The notes below the pieces were generated by a model. That model was not told the origin of the DNA and searched no databases. It saw nothing but the letters and a program-made list of their open reading frames with translations. 64,000 nucleotides of DNA. Origin: Chiloscyllium plagiosum (taxonomy: Eukaryota). Below, in pieces: positions 38,598 through 49,530 of this stretch; the first letter of the stretch is position 1; the number at the start of each line of letters is the position of its first letter. Both the position numbers and the translations under genes were made by a program. The DNA lies in assembly GCF_004010195.1 (NCBI RefSeq), contig NC_057749.1:16165831-16229830 (forward strand), given 5' to 3'.

Positions 38598-39408
38598 AAA
38601 TAGAACATAGAACATTTCAGCACAGTACAGGCCCTTCGGCCCTCGATGTTGCGCCGACCTGTCATACCAATCTAAAGCCCATCCCACCTACACTATTCCA
38701 TGTACGTCCATATGCCTGTCCAATGACGACTTAAATGTACTTAAAGTTGGCGAATCTACTACCATTGCAGGCAAAGCATTCCATACCCTTACTACTCTCT
38801 GAGTAAAGAAACTACCTCTGACATCTGTCCTATATCTATCACCCCTCAATTTAAAGCTATGCCCCCTCGTGCTTGCCGTCACCATACTTGGAAAAAGGCT
38901 CTCCCTGTCCACCCTATCTAACCCTCTGATTATCTTATATGTCTCTATTAAGTCACCTCTCAACCTTCTTCTCTCTAACAAAAATAGCCTCAAGTCCCTC
39001 AGCCTTTCCTTGTAAGACCTTCCCTCCATACCAGGCAACATCCTAGTAAATCTCCTCTGCACCCTTTCCAAAGCTTCCACATCCTTCTTATAATGCGGTG
39101 ACCAGAATTGTACACAATACTCCAAGTGTGGCCGCACCAGAGTTTTGTACAGCTGCAGCATAACCTCATGGTTGCGGAACTCGATCCCTCTATTAATAAA
39201 AGCTAAAACAATGTATGCCTGGGTAACAACTTTTAAGGATCTGTGTACCTGAACACCGAGATCTCTCTGCTCATCTACACTACCAAGAATCTTACCATTA
39301 ACCCAGTACTTTGCATTCTGGTTACTCCGACCAACGTGAATAACCTCACACTTGTCCACATTAAACTTCATTTGCCACCTCTCAGCCCAGCTCTGCAGCT
39401 TATCTATG
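38598..39408 (-). mobile_element. Young 5'-truncated CR1 LINE
   Basis: Open 241-aa frame (38688-39413) ending at the native stop; same subfamily as 1-1195; (ATAGAAC)n tail. Confidence 0.93.
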
Positions 39409-39449
39409 ATCACAAAGATTTTACAGGAGTTCTACTGGAGTAAGGGTCG

Positions 39450-39710
39450 GGGATCATTGAAGAGGACAGTGCAGAAGGAGCTTTACTGTGCATTGTATCT
39501 CATGCTGTCCCTGCCCTGGGAGTGTTTGATGGGGACAGTGTAAAGGGAGCTTTACTCCGTATCTAGTGCTATGCTATCCTTGTCCTGGGAATGTTTGATG
39601 GGGACAGTGTAGAGAGAGCTTAACTCTGTATCTAATCCTGTGCTGGCTCTGTCCTGGGAGTGTTTGATGGGCACAGTGTATAGTGAGTCTCACTGTGTCT
39701 CTAACCTGCC
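39450..39710 (+). repeat. ~60-bp minisatellite (same unit as 24180-24838)
   Basis: About 4 units. Confidence 0.85.
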
Positions 39711-40630
39711 CTATGAGCTTTTGAAATTAAAGTTGGACATTTTGCTGTAATGAACACAAGATGCAGAGAAGAAATTGAAACCTGTCAATATTCAGGTGAC
39801 CGTGCAGGTCCTATCAGCTCACTGCCATTTACTCATCCCCTTCGTTTTTCAGTAAACAAATGACCAGCTTCAGTCAGGAAGTAAATGCAAGCTGTGGCCT
39901 GAGGTAATGTGATGGGTACGGAGTATTCACCATCTCTATGCAGTTCCCAACTGACAGCAGAGTCTTAACTAGAATAACCAGAGTCCTTACATAGAGCAGC
40001 TCATTCGGGGCACTGGGTCCTGGTGTGAGTGAACCCCCTTGTTCCTGAAATGGTATCTTCCTGTGGCACTGTGGTAGTGTTTGGACCAGAAGGTCTGGAT
40101 TCAAATCCCACCTCCCCCAGTCATGCGTCAAGATATGCGTCAACAGGTTGTTTTAAAAAATTAAGGTCTATGATGGAGATGGAAGTTTGTTCCTTATTTA
40201 GATTGAGAGAGAAGAGTCTGTCTCCTTCTTGTTTGGCTGTGAGACAGTGTGATGAAGATGGACATCAACTGACCAATAGTGAGACTGTCCAGGGAAGCTG
40301 ATTAGAGAGAGGAGGTCACATGATAAAATCTCCACGATGTTGCCCAAGTTGACTTGGCAATCTGGCCTTCAAAATGGCTGGTCTCTTCGAACAATCTCTC
40401 CCTTAACAAATGGGGAAAAATATTGTAATCCTGATTTGAGCGCTCTGTGAACTGTTCTATAAAAACCACATCTTCCTTTCCTTGAGACCTCGACATCAGC
40501 ATTATCATTCCAACTCCTGCCCTTCATCACTTGGCCAAAGCATGAGAAACCCCTATGTTTGGATTTTAACCAACAGTTTTCTGTTCGATAGAAGCTGCTA
40601 CTTGTTATCTAACTTGTTTTTCTGATTCAG

Positions 40631-40756
40631 GATCCTCGCTTCTCAAAGATCCTGGAGAACCTTCGTCTGCAGAAACGAGGGACAGGGGGTGTGGACACTG
40701 CGGCTGTGGGCAGTGTGTTTGACATCTCGAACCTGGACCGACTGGGGAAATCTGAG
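40631..40756 (+). CDS. CKMT1: Mitochondrial creatine kinase, coding exon 8
   Basis: [42 protein letters not shown]; ttcag| acceptor, |gtgagt donor; 126 nt. Confidence 0.97.
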
Positions 40757-41038
40757 GTGAGTAACTGTCCTTACCAGCAATGTCCCTGTGTGTGAGACAG
40801 GAAGACAGGCCAGGCCAGAGGGGTGGGATAAGGAAGGGAATGGTTGAGAGAAAGGCAGTGGGAGAGAGGACAGGAAGGGGATTCTGATGCGGAGGGGATA
40901 GGGAAAGACTGGAGGGGAGAGGTTGGTTGAATAGACATGTGCAGCTTTTCTGGAGAAAACAGTGCCAATTATTTGGCATGTATTTCTGATTGCTTTCTTT
41001 ATGACAGTGGTGTAGCAAATAGATAATTATAGGGACCC

Positions 41039-41247
41039 AGGTAAAAACAATGACTGCAGATGCTGGAAACCAGAGTTTGGATTAGAGTGGTACTGAAAAA
41101 GCACAGCAGTTCAGGCAGCATCCGAGGAGCAGGAAAATCCACATTTCGGGCAAAAGGTATTCCTGATGAAGGGCTTTTACCCGAAATGTCAATTTTACTG
41201 CTCCTCGGAAGCTGCCTGAACTGCTGTGCTTTTCCAGCATCACTCTA
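41039..41247. mobile_element. Fold-back Penelope derivative
   Basis: Inverted arms around CTGATGAagggcttttacccGAAA (41163-41186). Perfect TSD AATTATAGGGACCC at 41025-41038 and 41248-41261. Confidence 0.88.
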
Positions 41248-42010
41248 AATTATAGGGACCCTCAGTGCCTGGGTAATTTGCAAAAGGATAGAAGGCAAAC
41301 ATGTTGCTTTTGTTTGCAGAGAATGTGTTTAACTTCAAGCAAATCTAAAGGAGCCATGTTACGAACTTGCTTGAATATGGAAATTGGTTGTTAACTGAGC
41401 TATTGGTGCACTCAGGATTAATCAACGTAAGACACAGGAGCAGAAATTAGGCCATTCAGCCCATCACATCTGCTCAGCCATTCAATCATAGCTGACAAGT
41501 TTCTCAACCCCATTCTCCCACTTTCTCCCCGGAACTCTTGATCGCCTTGATACTCAAGAACCTCTGTATCTCAGTCTTAAATATACTCAATGACTTCACT
41601 TCCACAGCCTTCTGTGGCATTTCCTGTCTATGCACAAAACCAGATTTAACAGGAGATGTTTCGTTTGGATTTTGCAAGTCAGGCTCCTTGAGAAGAGTTC
41701 CATACTTTAGAGAATTTGTGGGAGCGGAAGGGGAAAGGGATAGGATTCTTCAGAGGAGAGGATTGGGGGAGAGCAGGAGGGGATTTGGGCGTATTCAGAA
41801 TGTGGGGAAGGACAGGGTAGGGTGAGGCAAGTCAGGGACTTGGCTGTGGAAGGGCGTTGCGAGGCAGGAGGGGAAGGGGCAGGTTGGAGGTTAAGGGACA
41901 CGGCAGAGAAATGGGATGAGTTTTATTTCCAGCAGAATGGTCAAACTGTTGTGTGTGTCCTTTGTTCAAATATAAAAGATTAAACAGGAATATTGAATTT
42001 CCTTCTCCAG

Positions 42011-42127
42011 GTGGAGTTGGTTCAGTTGGTGGTTGATGGAGTCAACTATTTAATTGAGTGTGAGAAGAGACTCCAGCGTGGACAAGATATCAAAATTCCG
42101 GCACCTATAGCTCAGAGCCGACGTTAA
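42011..42127 (+). CDS. CKMT1: Mitochondrial creatine kinase, coding exon 9 (stop)
   Basis: [38 protein letters not shown]; 117 nt. Exons sum to 1254 nt = 417 aa + stop with consistent phases. Confidence 0.97.
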   Translation: MELVQLVVDGVNYLIECEKRLQRGQDIKIPAPIAQSRR

Positions 42128-42216
42128 ATCCCCTGTACTCAAACAGGCATCATTGAGGCTGATGTCACATGAAACATGTTCTGAATCTGGTAATCCTTGC
42201 ACCTATGAAGCTGATA

Positions 42217-42222
42217 AATAAA
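42217..42222 (+). terminator. Candidate CKMT1 polyadenylation signal AATAAA
   Basis: First AATAAA after the stop, about 90 nt downstream. Confidence 0.5.
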
Positions 42223-42344
42223 CACCCTGACCATGTGAACTACAAAATGCTGTTGACTCTTTGTCAACCTTATCAAGTGATAGTGCATCCTGAAGTAAAA
42301 TATGGTAATTGTGCCTTTCCCTATTATACTCTGTCCCATCATTG

Positions 42345-42680
42345 TGTGAGGGAATCACAGACACAGACCCCCGTCCTATCACCGTGTAGGGAAATCACAG
42401 ACACAGACCCCCGTCCCATCACCATGTGGGGGAATCACAAAGACCCCCGTCCTATCACCGTGTAGGGAAATCACAGACACAGACCCCCGTCCCATCGCCA
42501 TGTGGGGGAATCACAGACAAAGACCCACGTCCTATCACCATGTGGGGAAATCACAGACCCCCCTCCCTGTCACTGTCTGGAGGAATCACAGACACAGATC
42601 CCCATTCTGCCACTGTGTGGGAGAATCACAGACACAGACCCCTGTCCCTTCACCAATGGGGGAATTATAGATAAAGACTC
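42345..42680 (+). repeat. ~38-bp minisatellite
   Basis: Units gggaaatcacagacacagacccccgtcctatcaccgtgt. Confidence 0.88.
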
Positions 42681-43064
42681 CAGTTCAACAATATGTTTGA
42701 TTATAGAAGATAAAACAGTTTCCGTCACTCTGCCCTAACTGTGCTTGCACTAGAGAGACTCGGCACATCAGTGAGGGAATGTGACGCCTCCCATAGCCTA
42801 TCAGCTTGCAAACACTTGGCATCAAGCCTGACTAAGTCATCTGAACACTGCCCCCAGGAGAAAAATCACTTGAATCTTAATCTTTACAAATTCTCAACAT
42901 CGAGAAATCGCAGAGCCAAAGGGAAACAGCAGACTGGAGTCGGGCTGCAAAGACTGAGGGGGGAGCAGATTTCCAACGTCAACATATTTAACAACACAAT
43001 CCTGGCTTCATAGTTTGAGTCTGATGATCATTTATTCAATTTCTCATCAGTTCTGGGACTGAAG

Positions 43065-43530
43065 ATTTATAAGAATGTTATCAGGGTTTCAGCTATAGGG
43101 AGAGTCTGAATAGGCTGAGGCTGTTTTCCCTGGAGCATTGGAGCTGAGGAGTGACCTTATAGAGGTTTATAAAATCATGAGGAGCATGGATAGGATAAAT
43201 AGACAAGGTCTTTTCCCTGGGGTGGGGGAGTCCAGAACTAGAGGAAATAGGTTCAGGGTGAGAGGGGAAAGATTTAAAAGAGACCTAAGGGGCAACCTTT
43301 TCACACAGAGGGTGGTACGTGTATGGAATGAGCTTCCAGAGGAGGTTGGTACAATTACAGCATTTAAAAGGCATATGGATGTGTATGTGAATAGGAAGGG
43401 TTAGGAGGGATATGGGCCAAATGCTGGCAAATGGGACTAGATTAGATTGGGATATCTGATCGGCATGGACGAGTTGAAACAAAGGGTCTGTTTCCATGCT
43501 GTACATCTCGATGACCCTGACTCTATGCTG
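43065..43530 (+). mobile_element. CR1 3' end
   Basis: ORF 43138-43404 LRSDLIEVYKIM...ESRTRG...FTQRVVRVWNELP. Confidence 0.9.
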
Positions 43531-43550
43531 TAGGTTCCAGTCACCCAAAG

Positions 43551-43610
43551 AACCCCTCATTCAGAGTACCAACCCCTCATTCAGAGTACCAACCCCTCAT
43601 TCAGAGTATT
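43551..43610 (+). repeat. 3 x 20-bp tandem repeat
   Basis: (aacccctcattcagagtacc)x3, last unit ending ...gtatt. Confidence 0.85.
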
Positions 43611-44059
43611 AACAATCTGCAGGAATGGTAAGAAATGTTTTTGGTAAATTAGGAAGCATCAAAGTTTAATTTACCAACAATTGGTTGTTATAGGCTGAGC
43701 ATTTTCATTTGATAATTCACATGCTTTGACCAGAGCGGATATTTCTTTTGCAGTTAATGTCCACGTATCCCTGATATTGGGTCTCGTGTCTGTCAGGTCG
43801 ATCTGTTGAACATTTTTCTTTCAGGAGGATTGAACTATCAGATTAGAAATAATGTCTTAACCGCAGCCACTGGGAAACAGTTCAGATACAGCAGTGAACA
43901 ATCTGTTGGAATTCTAGGCCATTCCCTTTCTGACTTGGACATGTCCTGGTTGGTGAGGTCTTGTTGTATTTTCACATACAGATAATCTCCTGTTACCTGT
44001 CAATTAAAATGATCCCAGTGTTTCAATATCAGAAAACCAATTGCTGGTTGGTGTATTGC

Positions 44060-44230
44060 TGGTGATCAATGCCCATTATTAATGAGCAATGCCCATTATT
44101 GATGATCAATACCCATTGTTGGAGATTAATGCCCATTGTTGGCAATCAATGCCCATTATTGATAGTCAATGCTCATTACTGGTGATTAATGCTCATTGTT
44201 GGTGATCAATGCCCATTACTGGATGGTCAC
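44060..44230 (+). repeat. 20-bp minisatellite (~8 units)
   Basis: ggtgatcaatgcccattatt variants. Confidence 0.85.
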
Positions 44231-45172
44231 TGGCCATTGGTCAGTGACATTTGCCACTGGGGAGAGAAGTCACTGATCACTATGAACGCTGAGTGACCAT
44301 TCTCAGAGATTCCATTCTGTTGCCAGGGCTCACTGACCATTCCCAGGGATTCCAGTCCATTGCCAAGGCTCAGTGACCATTTGCAGGATCAGGTTGGTAT
44401 TGGACTCAGCCTCACAGTGCTGCATGACTGTTATGCCTCTGAGCAGGAACTGTTCTCTGCTGGAAGGATGCTGATCGTGGCCTCACCAGAGGATTCCTGA
44501 AGAGTGAGGAATCCACAGGGAACACTCGGGATGCTGGCTTTGGCAAATCTACAACAAGAAAAAGAGACAACAAACCATCTGCATCAGCTCCTACTCTTCA
44601 ACCTGTTGGGTTTAGAACGAGTAAACATTGTTAAACCTGATCCAGCCTACTTTACGTTGTAACGTGTTCCCTCTCTCTCTCTATTACATCCTTCCCCACT
44701 GCCTTTCTCATTCCGTCTCTCTCTCTCTCTATTACATCCTTCCCCACTGCCTCTCTCATTCCCTCCCTCTCATTATTACGTCCTTCCCCACTGCCTCTCT
44801 CGTTCCCTCTTTCAGTGTTTCTCTCCTTTCCTTGCTGTTCTGAGCTGATTCCCCTTTTCTCGCTCTCCTTTCTATATTCCGAGCCTGCAGCTATCATATC
44901 CTTGTCTGGGATTATCAAGGCCTAGGCAGACAGCAAGATGAAAGGTGCAATGGAGCTGTTTGAAGCTTAGGGAGGAAACAGAGTAGGAAGGGAGGAACCA
45001 AGTGGATGAGAACAATATAGTGTTGCCCTGTCCTGGAAGGTGCCGTCGCTCTGTTGGGCTACAGGACCTATTGTCATATTTCACATAGTGACCCCCCCCC
45101 CCACTCTGTGTGCATTGTGTGGAGACAGCAGTGAGTGGAGTTATCACTTTTTCCTTACCCAATACAGCCACA

Positions 45173-45450
45173 TGTTACATGGGGTGGGGGAGGAGGGGGG
45201 GCTCTCTAAGTTGTGGTTTCTGTATTTTCCCCCTGTGAGGATTTTCCCCTTGAAGAGAGGTTTTAAGACAGAGGTGTAGAGCTGATTACTGAAGCCCATA
45301 AAACAAAACACTTGTGAGGCCTGGAGTTTATTCTTTGAAATTTGGAACAATAAAGGCAGCCTCCCACGGAACCAGGATTTTTAGGTTTAGTTTCTCAGGA
45401 GCTGGGGAATTGAAACTGGGCTTGGAAGCTGCAGTACATCTCTGCCTGCT

Positions 45451-45488
<38 letters not shown>

Positions 45489-45866
45489 CCTCTCAGGGTT
45501 TTGTCTTCATGTTTTCCCTTTTGGACTGGAGAATCATCTGTGAGACAATGTATTTTACTGCATTTGCCTTTGTCAAGGGGGCATTTGTGGGATGTTACTG
45601 CATTGGAACGGTTACCATTTAGTAGCTAAATAATCTATTATTCCGTTAAGATTTCCAATAGAGTTAAGTTTTCCCAACTTCATCTTTCTTTTCTTTTATT
45701 TTAACTAGAGTAGATGAATAAAGTGCTTTCCTTAATGCCGAACAGTTTGACCAATCAAATTGCATCTGGAATGCAATGTCCAGCACCTGCCTTTAAAATG
45801 AGAAAATATTAGGGTCTAGACTATCATCTGGATACAGTTTGAAGGGCTTTGCTCTGATCCATAACA
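45173..45866. mobile_element. Possible solo LTR
   Basis: TGTTA...TAACA inverted termini, internal AATAAA (~45717) and a (CT)n tract. No matching TSD found. Confidence 0.4.
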
Positions 45867-46474
45867 CTCTCAGTCAGAGTTAGGAGTTGCTATCAAGATG
45901 TCTCCAACTGATGGGGGCATGGGGCTATTCCAATTAAGAGGGGTTCTCCACACCCAACAGGGACAACTATCCCATCGGATGACAATCCTTAATTCCAAGC
46001 CAGTGCTCTGCTCACCACATGTGGGAATTGTCTGGATAGAGGATGTCTGGATGCCCTCTACAGGAGTGGGAGGCAGCAACTAGCTGGAGCTGGAAAGCAC
46101 TTCCTGGGAGCATGGAGACAATGGGTCAATCCAGACTTCCAATAGGGAACTTGAGGGATATCTGGAAAGGATGAAAATGTGCAGGGTCATGGCTTACAAT
46201 GGGGGGAACGGCACTGAATGACACCCGCAGAGCAGGTTCAGATCCAATGGGCTGAGTGGCCTCCTCCTGCTTTGTACATTTCAGTGATTCTGTGCGGAAG
46301 CCAATGGCTGACCTATCCCCTAACTTAAGTCACCACCCTCCCTTTAAATCCGGACGCATCGATTGCAGAATAAACCAGTCAGGTGCTGCTGCATCGACTC
46401 AGATTCTTGCTCATTTCTGTCAGAAATGTGAAACTATCTGAAGGTGGACTTGGGCTCCAGCCCCACACTCAGAA

Positions 46475-47695
46475 TCAAACAGGGACAGAGCTACCTCGAC
46501 GAGTGGAGAAAGGGGCTGAGCCATCGCCAACATCAGCCTGGCTTCTGGCGATGCCCCCGTTGTGGGTGGTGCCAGCCAGCCTTGGGGCATCTTCCGAAGC
46601 TTGTTGAGCGGAGAGTCGAAACCAGAGGCGCATGTTCTCCCTGAGACAGTGCCTGAACTGGCGGTTCAGGAGAGCGTAGAGGACGGGATTCAGAGCACAG
46701 TTCACAAAGGTCAGCCAAGTGGCCAGGAAGTCCAGCATTCTGGGAGGTTTACTGTCCGACAGGGAGCTGCAGTGAAAGTTCAGAACGAAGTAGGGAAGCC
46801 AGGTAACCAGGCAGGTTGTTATCACAGCAACTATGGTTTTCGCTGTCTTGGACTCCATCGCTACATCGGAAGGGCTGCTGGCGTTCAGATTAAACGTCGA
46901 ACTGGAAGACATGAAGCTCGCCCACTTCCTTGAAAGACTTGCCTGCAACAGCCTGAAAGACTTCAGTTCACTGGGAATGGAGCCGTCTCCTGACCCAGGG
47001 GACAGGCTGCTGGCGAGACGCTGGGCTTTATACTTCATGTGGTCACGGGTGACCTGGTAGATTAAGTAATAGGAGATGGTGACTATTAGCAAAGAGGTCA
47101 GGTAGATCCAAATGAAGAGGTAGATCCCATACGCCAGACTGGATCCTCCATCAGGCCAACTGAAGTCACACAAATACCTGGTGGGAGAAAACTTATAGAG
47201 CCCAATGCCAAAGAGTGGTGGGATTCCACAGAGCAGCCCACTCCACCACAGGAAGACAATCGTCTTGAGAGCTCTGTCCCGGGTTATGGTGAGGATGAAG
47301 GGCCTCGCAATTACATAATATCTGTCCACTGCAATGCCAGCCACCGACAGGATGGAGACGTTCCTCAATGAGAAGGTTAGGAAGCCCGAGATTTGGCAAA
47401 ATGTCCCACCAAAAGGCCAACTCTGGGCAATGGTTGCTATGACAATGACAGGCAGGCCTAAAAGAGTGATCAGAAAATCAGCCAGGGCCAGGGAGGTCAC
47501 AAATGCATTGGTGATGCTCCTCAACGCTCGACACTTGTAGACCAACAGCAGGACCAGGGTGTTCAACGGAAGGCCAATGATTAGGATGAGTAGATAGAGA
47601 ATTGCCTGGGTGGCGGTTTCTGCCAATAATGGTCGAGGTTGTCCACTGCTGTTGGATCCAAACCCTGATGGGATCCCACTGTGAAGATTGCTCAT
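46475..47695 (-). CDS. Class A (rhodopsin-like) orphan GPCR, 406 aa, intronless CDS; GPR161/GPR135-like
   Basis: Seven hydrophobic segments with N1.50 (GLPLN), LALADF, WPFG..FC, VDRYY, W4.50, ECL2 Cys, TWLPY and NPVLY, plus helix 8 (NRQFRHCL) and N-terminal sequon NSS. The first true ATG is 47695; the ORF track starts at a GTG 12 nt earlier. No stops or frameshifts. Confidence 0.93.
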   Translation of the reverse strand: MSNLHSGIPSGFGSNSSGQPRPLLAETATQAILYLLILIIGLPLNTLVLLLVYKCRALRSITNAFVTSLALADFLITLLGLPVIVIATIAQSWPFGGTFCQISGFLTFSLRNVSILSVAGIAVDRYYVIARPFILTITRDRALKTIVFLWWSGLLCGIPPLFGIGLYKFSPTRYLCDFSWPDGGSSLAYGIYLFIWIYLTSLLIVTISYYLIYQVTRDHMKYKAQRLASSLSPGSGDGSIPSELKSFRLLQASLSRKWASFMSSSSTFNLNASSPSDVAMESKTAKTIVAVITTCLVTWLPYFVLNFHCSSLSDSKPPRMLDFLATWLTFVNCALNPVLYALLNRQFRHCLRENMRLWFRLSAQQASEDAPRLAGTTHNGGIARSQADVGDGSAPFSTRRGSSVPV

Positions 47696-47949
47696 CTTTA
47701 ATGTCACTGGGAGTATTCAATTCAAAACTAGTACTTTCATGAATTCAGTCAGCTCCCTGATTCCCAGTAACCTTGGGGCTCAAGTCATAATCGTCAGCTT
47801 CACTTGTAGAGAGAGTAACACACAGTCATTCCGTTGGAGTTACCTTCATCCTTTCCCAGTGGAATGAGTTGGTCAGCTGTAACCTTTTGCAAATAACTAA
47901 CTGTAGGATGGAGACAGAAAAGCTTACTGCCCACAAACCTCCCTCAGAA

Positions 47950-48340
47950 TCACGACATTCCAGATTCAAATACCATATCAGGGTCTGAACATAGAGATTA
48001 AAGCTGACACTGCAGGGCAGCTCTGAGCGAGTGCTGCATTATCGGAGGGGCAGCCCTGTGGACACGAGGTTAATCCAAGGCTCTAACTGACTGCTCAGCT
48101 CTCAGTGTAGCAAATGGTAACATGGCATCATCTGAAAGAGGAGCAGGGAATCTCTGCCCACTGTCCCGGCCAATATTGATCCCTCGGTTAACATCACACA
48201 AAAGGAAACGATTTTCTGGTCATTATCGCATTGCTGTTGGTGGGATCTTGCTGTGCTCTATTTCCTTCATTACGACAGTGATTACGCTTCATTGGCTATG
48301 AAATTCTGTGGGGCAGCTGGTGAGAAACGCTGAGCTCAGT
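47950..48340 (+). mobile_element. Old Deu-domain SINE (SacSINE1/AmnSINE-like)
   Basis: gctgacactgcagggcagctctgagcgagtgctgca..ggagg..gaggagcaggg..tgtcccggccaatattgatccctc..cattgctgttggtgggatcttgctgtgc. Related copies at 62480-63050 (+), 63720-63940 (-) and 19500-19620 (-). Confidence 0.65.
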
Positions 48341-48659
48341 CTCTCCTTTTCCTTCCGAACCTCACTCAGTGAACAATGCAGTTCTTGAAGGGATTCCTCC
48401 CACCCCTCCAGGCACCAGGTCCCAGTCACCAGTCACTGGTCACCAGTCAGTGATTTCAGATGGTCCCGCTGATCCTGCAGCTTAGTTCCAGCAGCCGATG
48501 ACCAGCCTCGGGAGACAATTGGCTCCTGTCAACCAGAAAACATACAAAGAAATGTGGGCATCTGTAGTTCCATCATTAACATTCCTGCTCAGGACAAGGA
48601 AATTGGGAGACATTTTTATCCCAATATCCAGGATGGAAAGATCACTTAATCTGAACTAA

Positions 48660-48885
48660 GAATATCTTTTCTCCATCAGCACCACTACCCACTATCCCAC
48701 CCTCCACCAAACGATTGCATAAATGCAGTCCCGTCCACACTTCACCAGCTCTGATGAAGAGTCATCTATATTGGAAATGTTGGATGCTCTCTCGTCATGG
48801 ATGCTGCCTGACTCCTTTGGGATCTCCAGCATTTTGTTGATTTTCAGTACAGATTCCCACATCCGCAGTAAGCTGCTCCAACTAA
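48660..48885 (+). mobile_element. Old Penelope-like pLTR remnant
   Basis: ctCTGATGAagagtc...GAAAtgtt followed by ggatgctgcctgac..ctccagcatttt. Confidence 0.55.
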
Positions 48886-49144
48886 GGAATGATCAGTGAC
48901 TGGCAAAGGTCTTCAGTTTGATTTTGTGACAGTGTATTTATGATGATATAAACACTTCAAAATGATGAATGGCGAGGAGTCGGGGTGGGGTGGGGGGGGA
49001 ATTACTCTCACAGACACAACCCCAACATCCTGGTGGCTACATGGAGCTGTGAGCCCCTCCCTCCTCCCATCACTGTCAGACCCAGCCCAGCCCCATCTCC
49101 ACACCATCCATTGCAGAGGGAATGAAAAGGCACTATTGAGCCAA

Positions 49145-49530
49145 CAGTTATACAGAGCACCGGTGAGACCACATCTGGACAGCCGTGTACAGTATAGGTC
49201 CTCTAATTGAGTAAATGCTGTAAATATGTTGGAATCAGCTCAGAGATGTTTACTGTTCAATACCTGGAATGGGTGGAAAGGGAAGGCTGGACAGGCTCGG
49301 TTTGTATCTGCTGGAGGTTTCAGGAATAAATGGCAACTTGATTAAAAATGTATCAGATCCTGAGGGGTCTTGACAGGGGAGATGTGGAGAGGGTGTTTCC
49401 TCCTGTGGGGGTATCTTGAACTGGACATCATTGTCTGAATATCAAGGGTCACCCATTTACTCTGTAAAATCTCTTTCTCTCAGAGGGTCGTGAGTCTTTG
49501 GTACTCTCCATCTGGAAGGCGGCAGAAGCA
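49145..49530 (+). mobile_element. Old CR1 3' fragment
   Basis: LYRAPVRPHLD..VQY; cagagggtcgtgagtctttgg. Confidence 0.7.

Noticed and set aside
46562..47540. Plus-strand ORFs overlapping the GPCR
   Set aside because: Antisense shadows of a real CDS.
46475..47695. GPCR as an opsin or an aminergic receptor
   Set aside because: No Lys at 7.43 (Phe) and no Asp at 3.32 (Thr). The C-terminal SVPV is also not a true VxPx motif.
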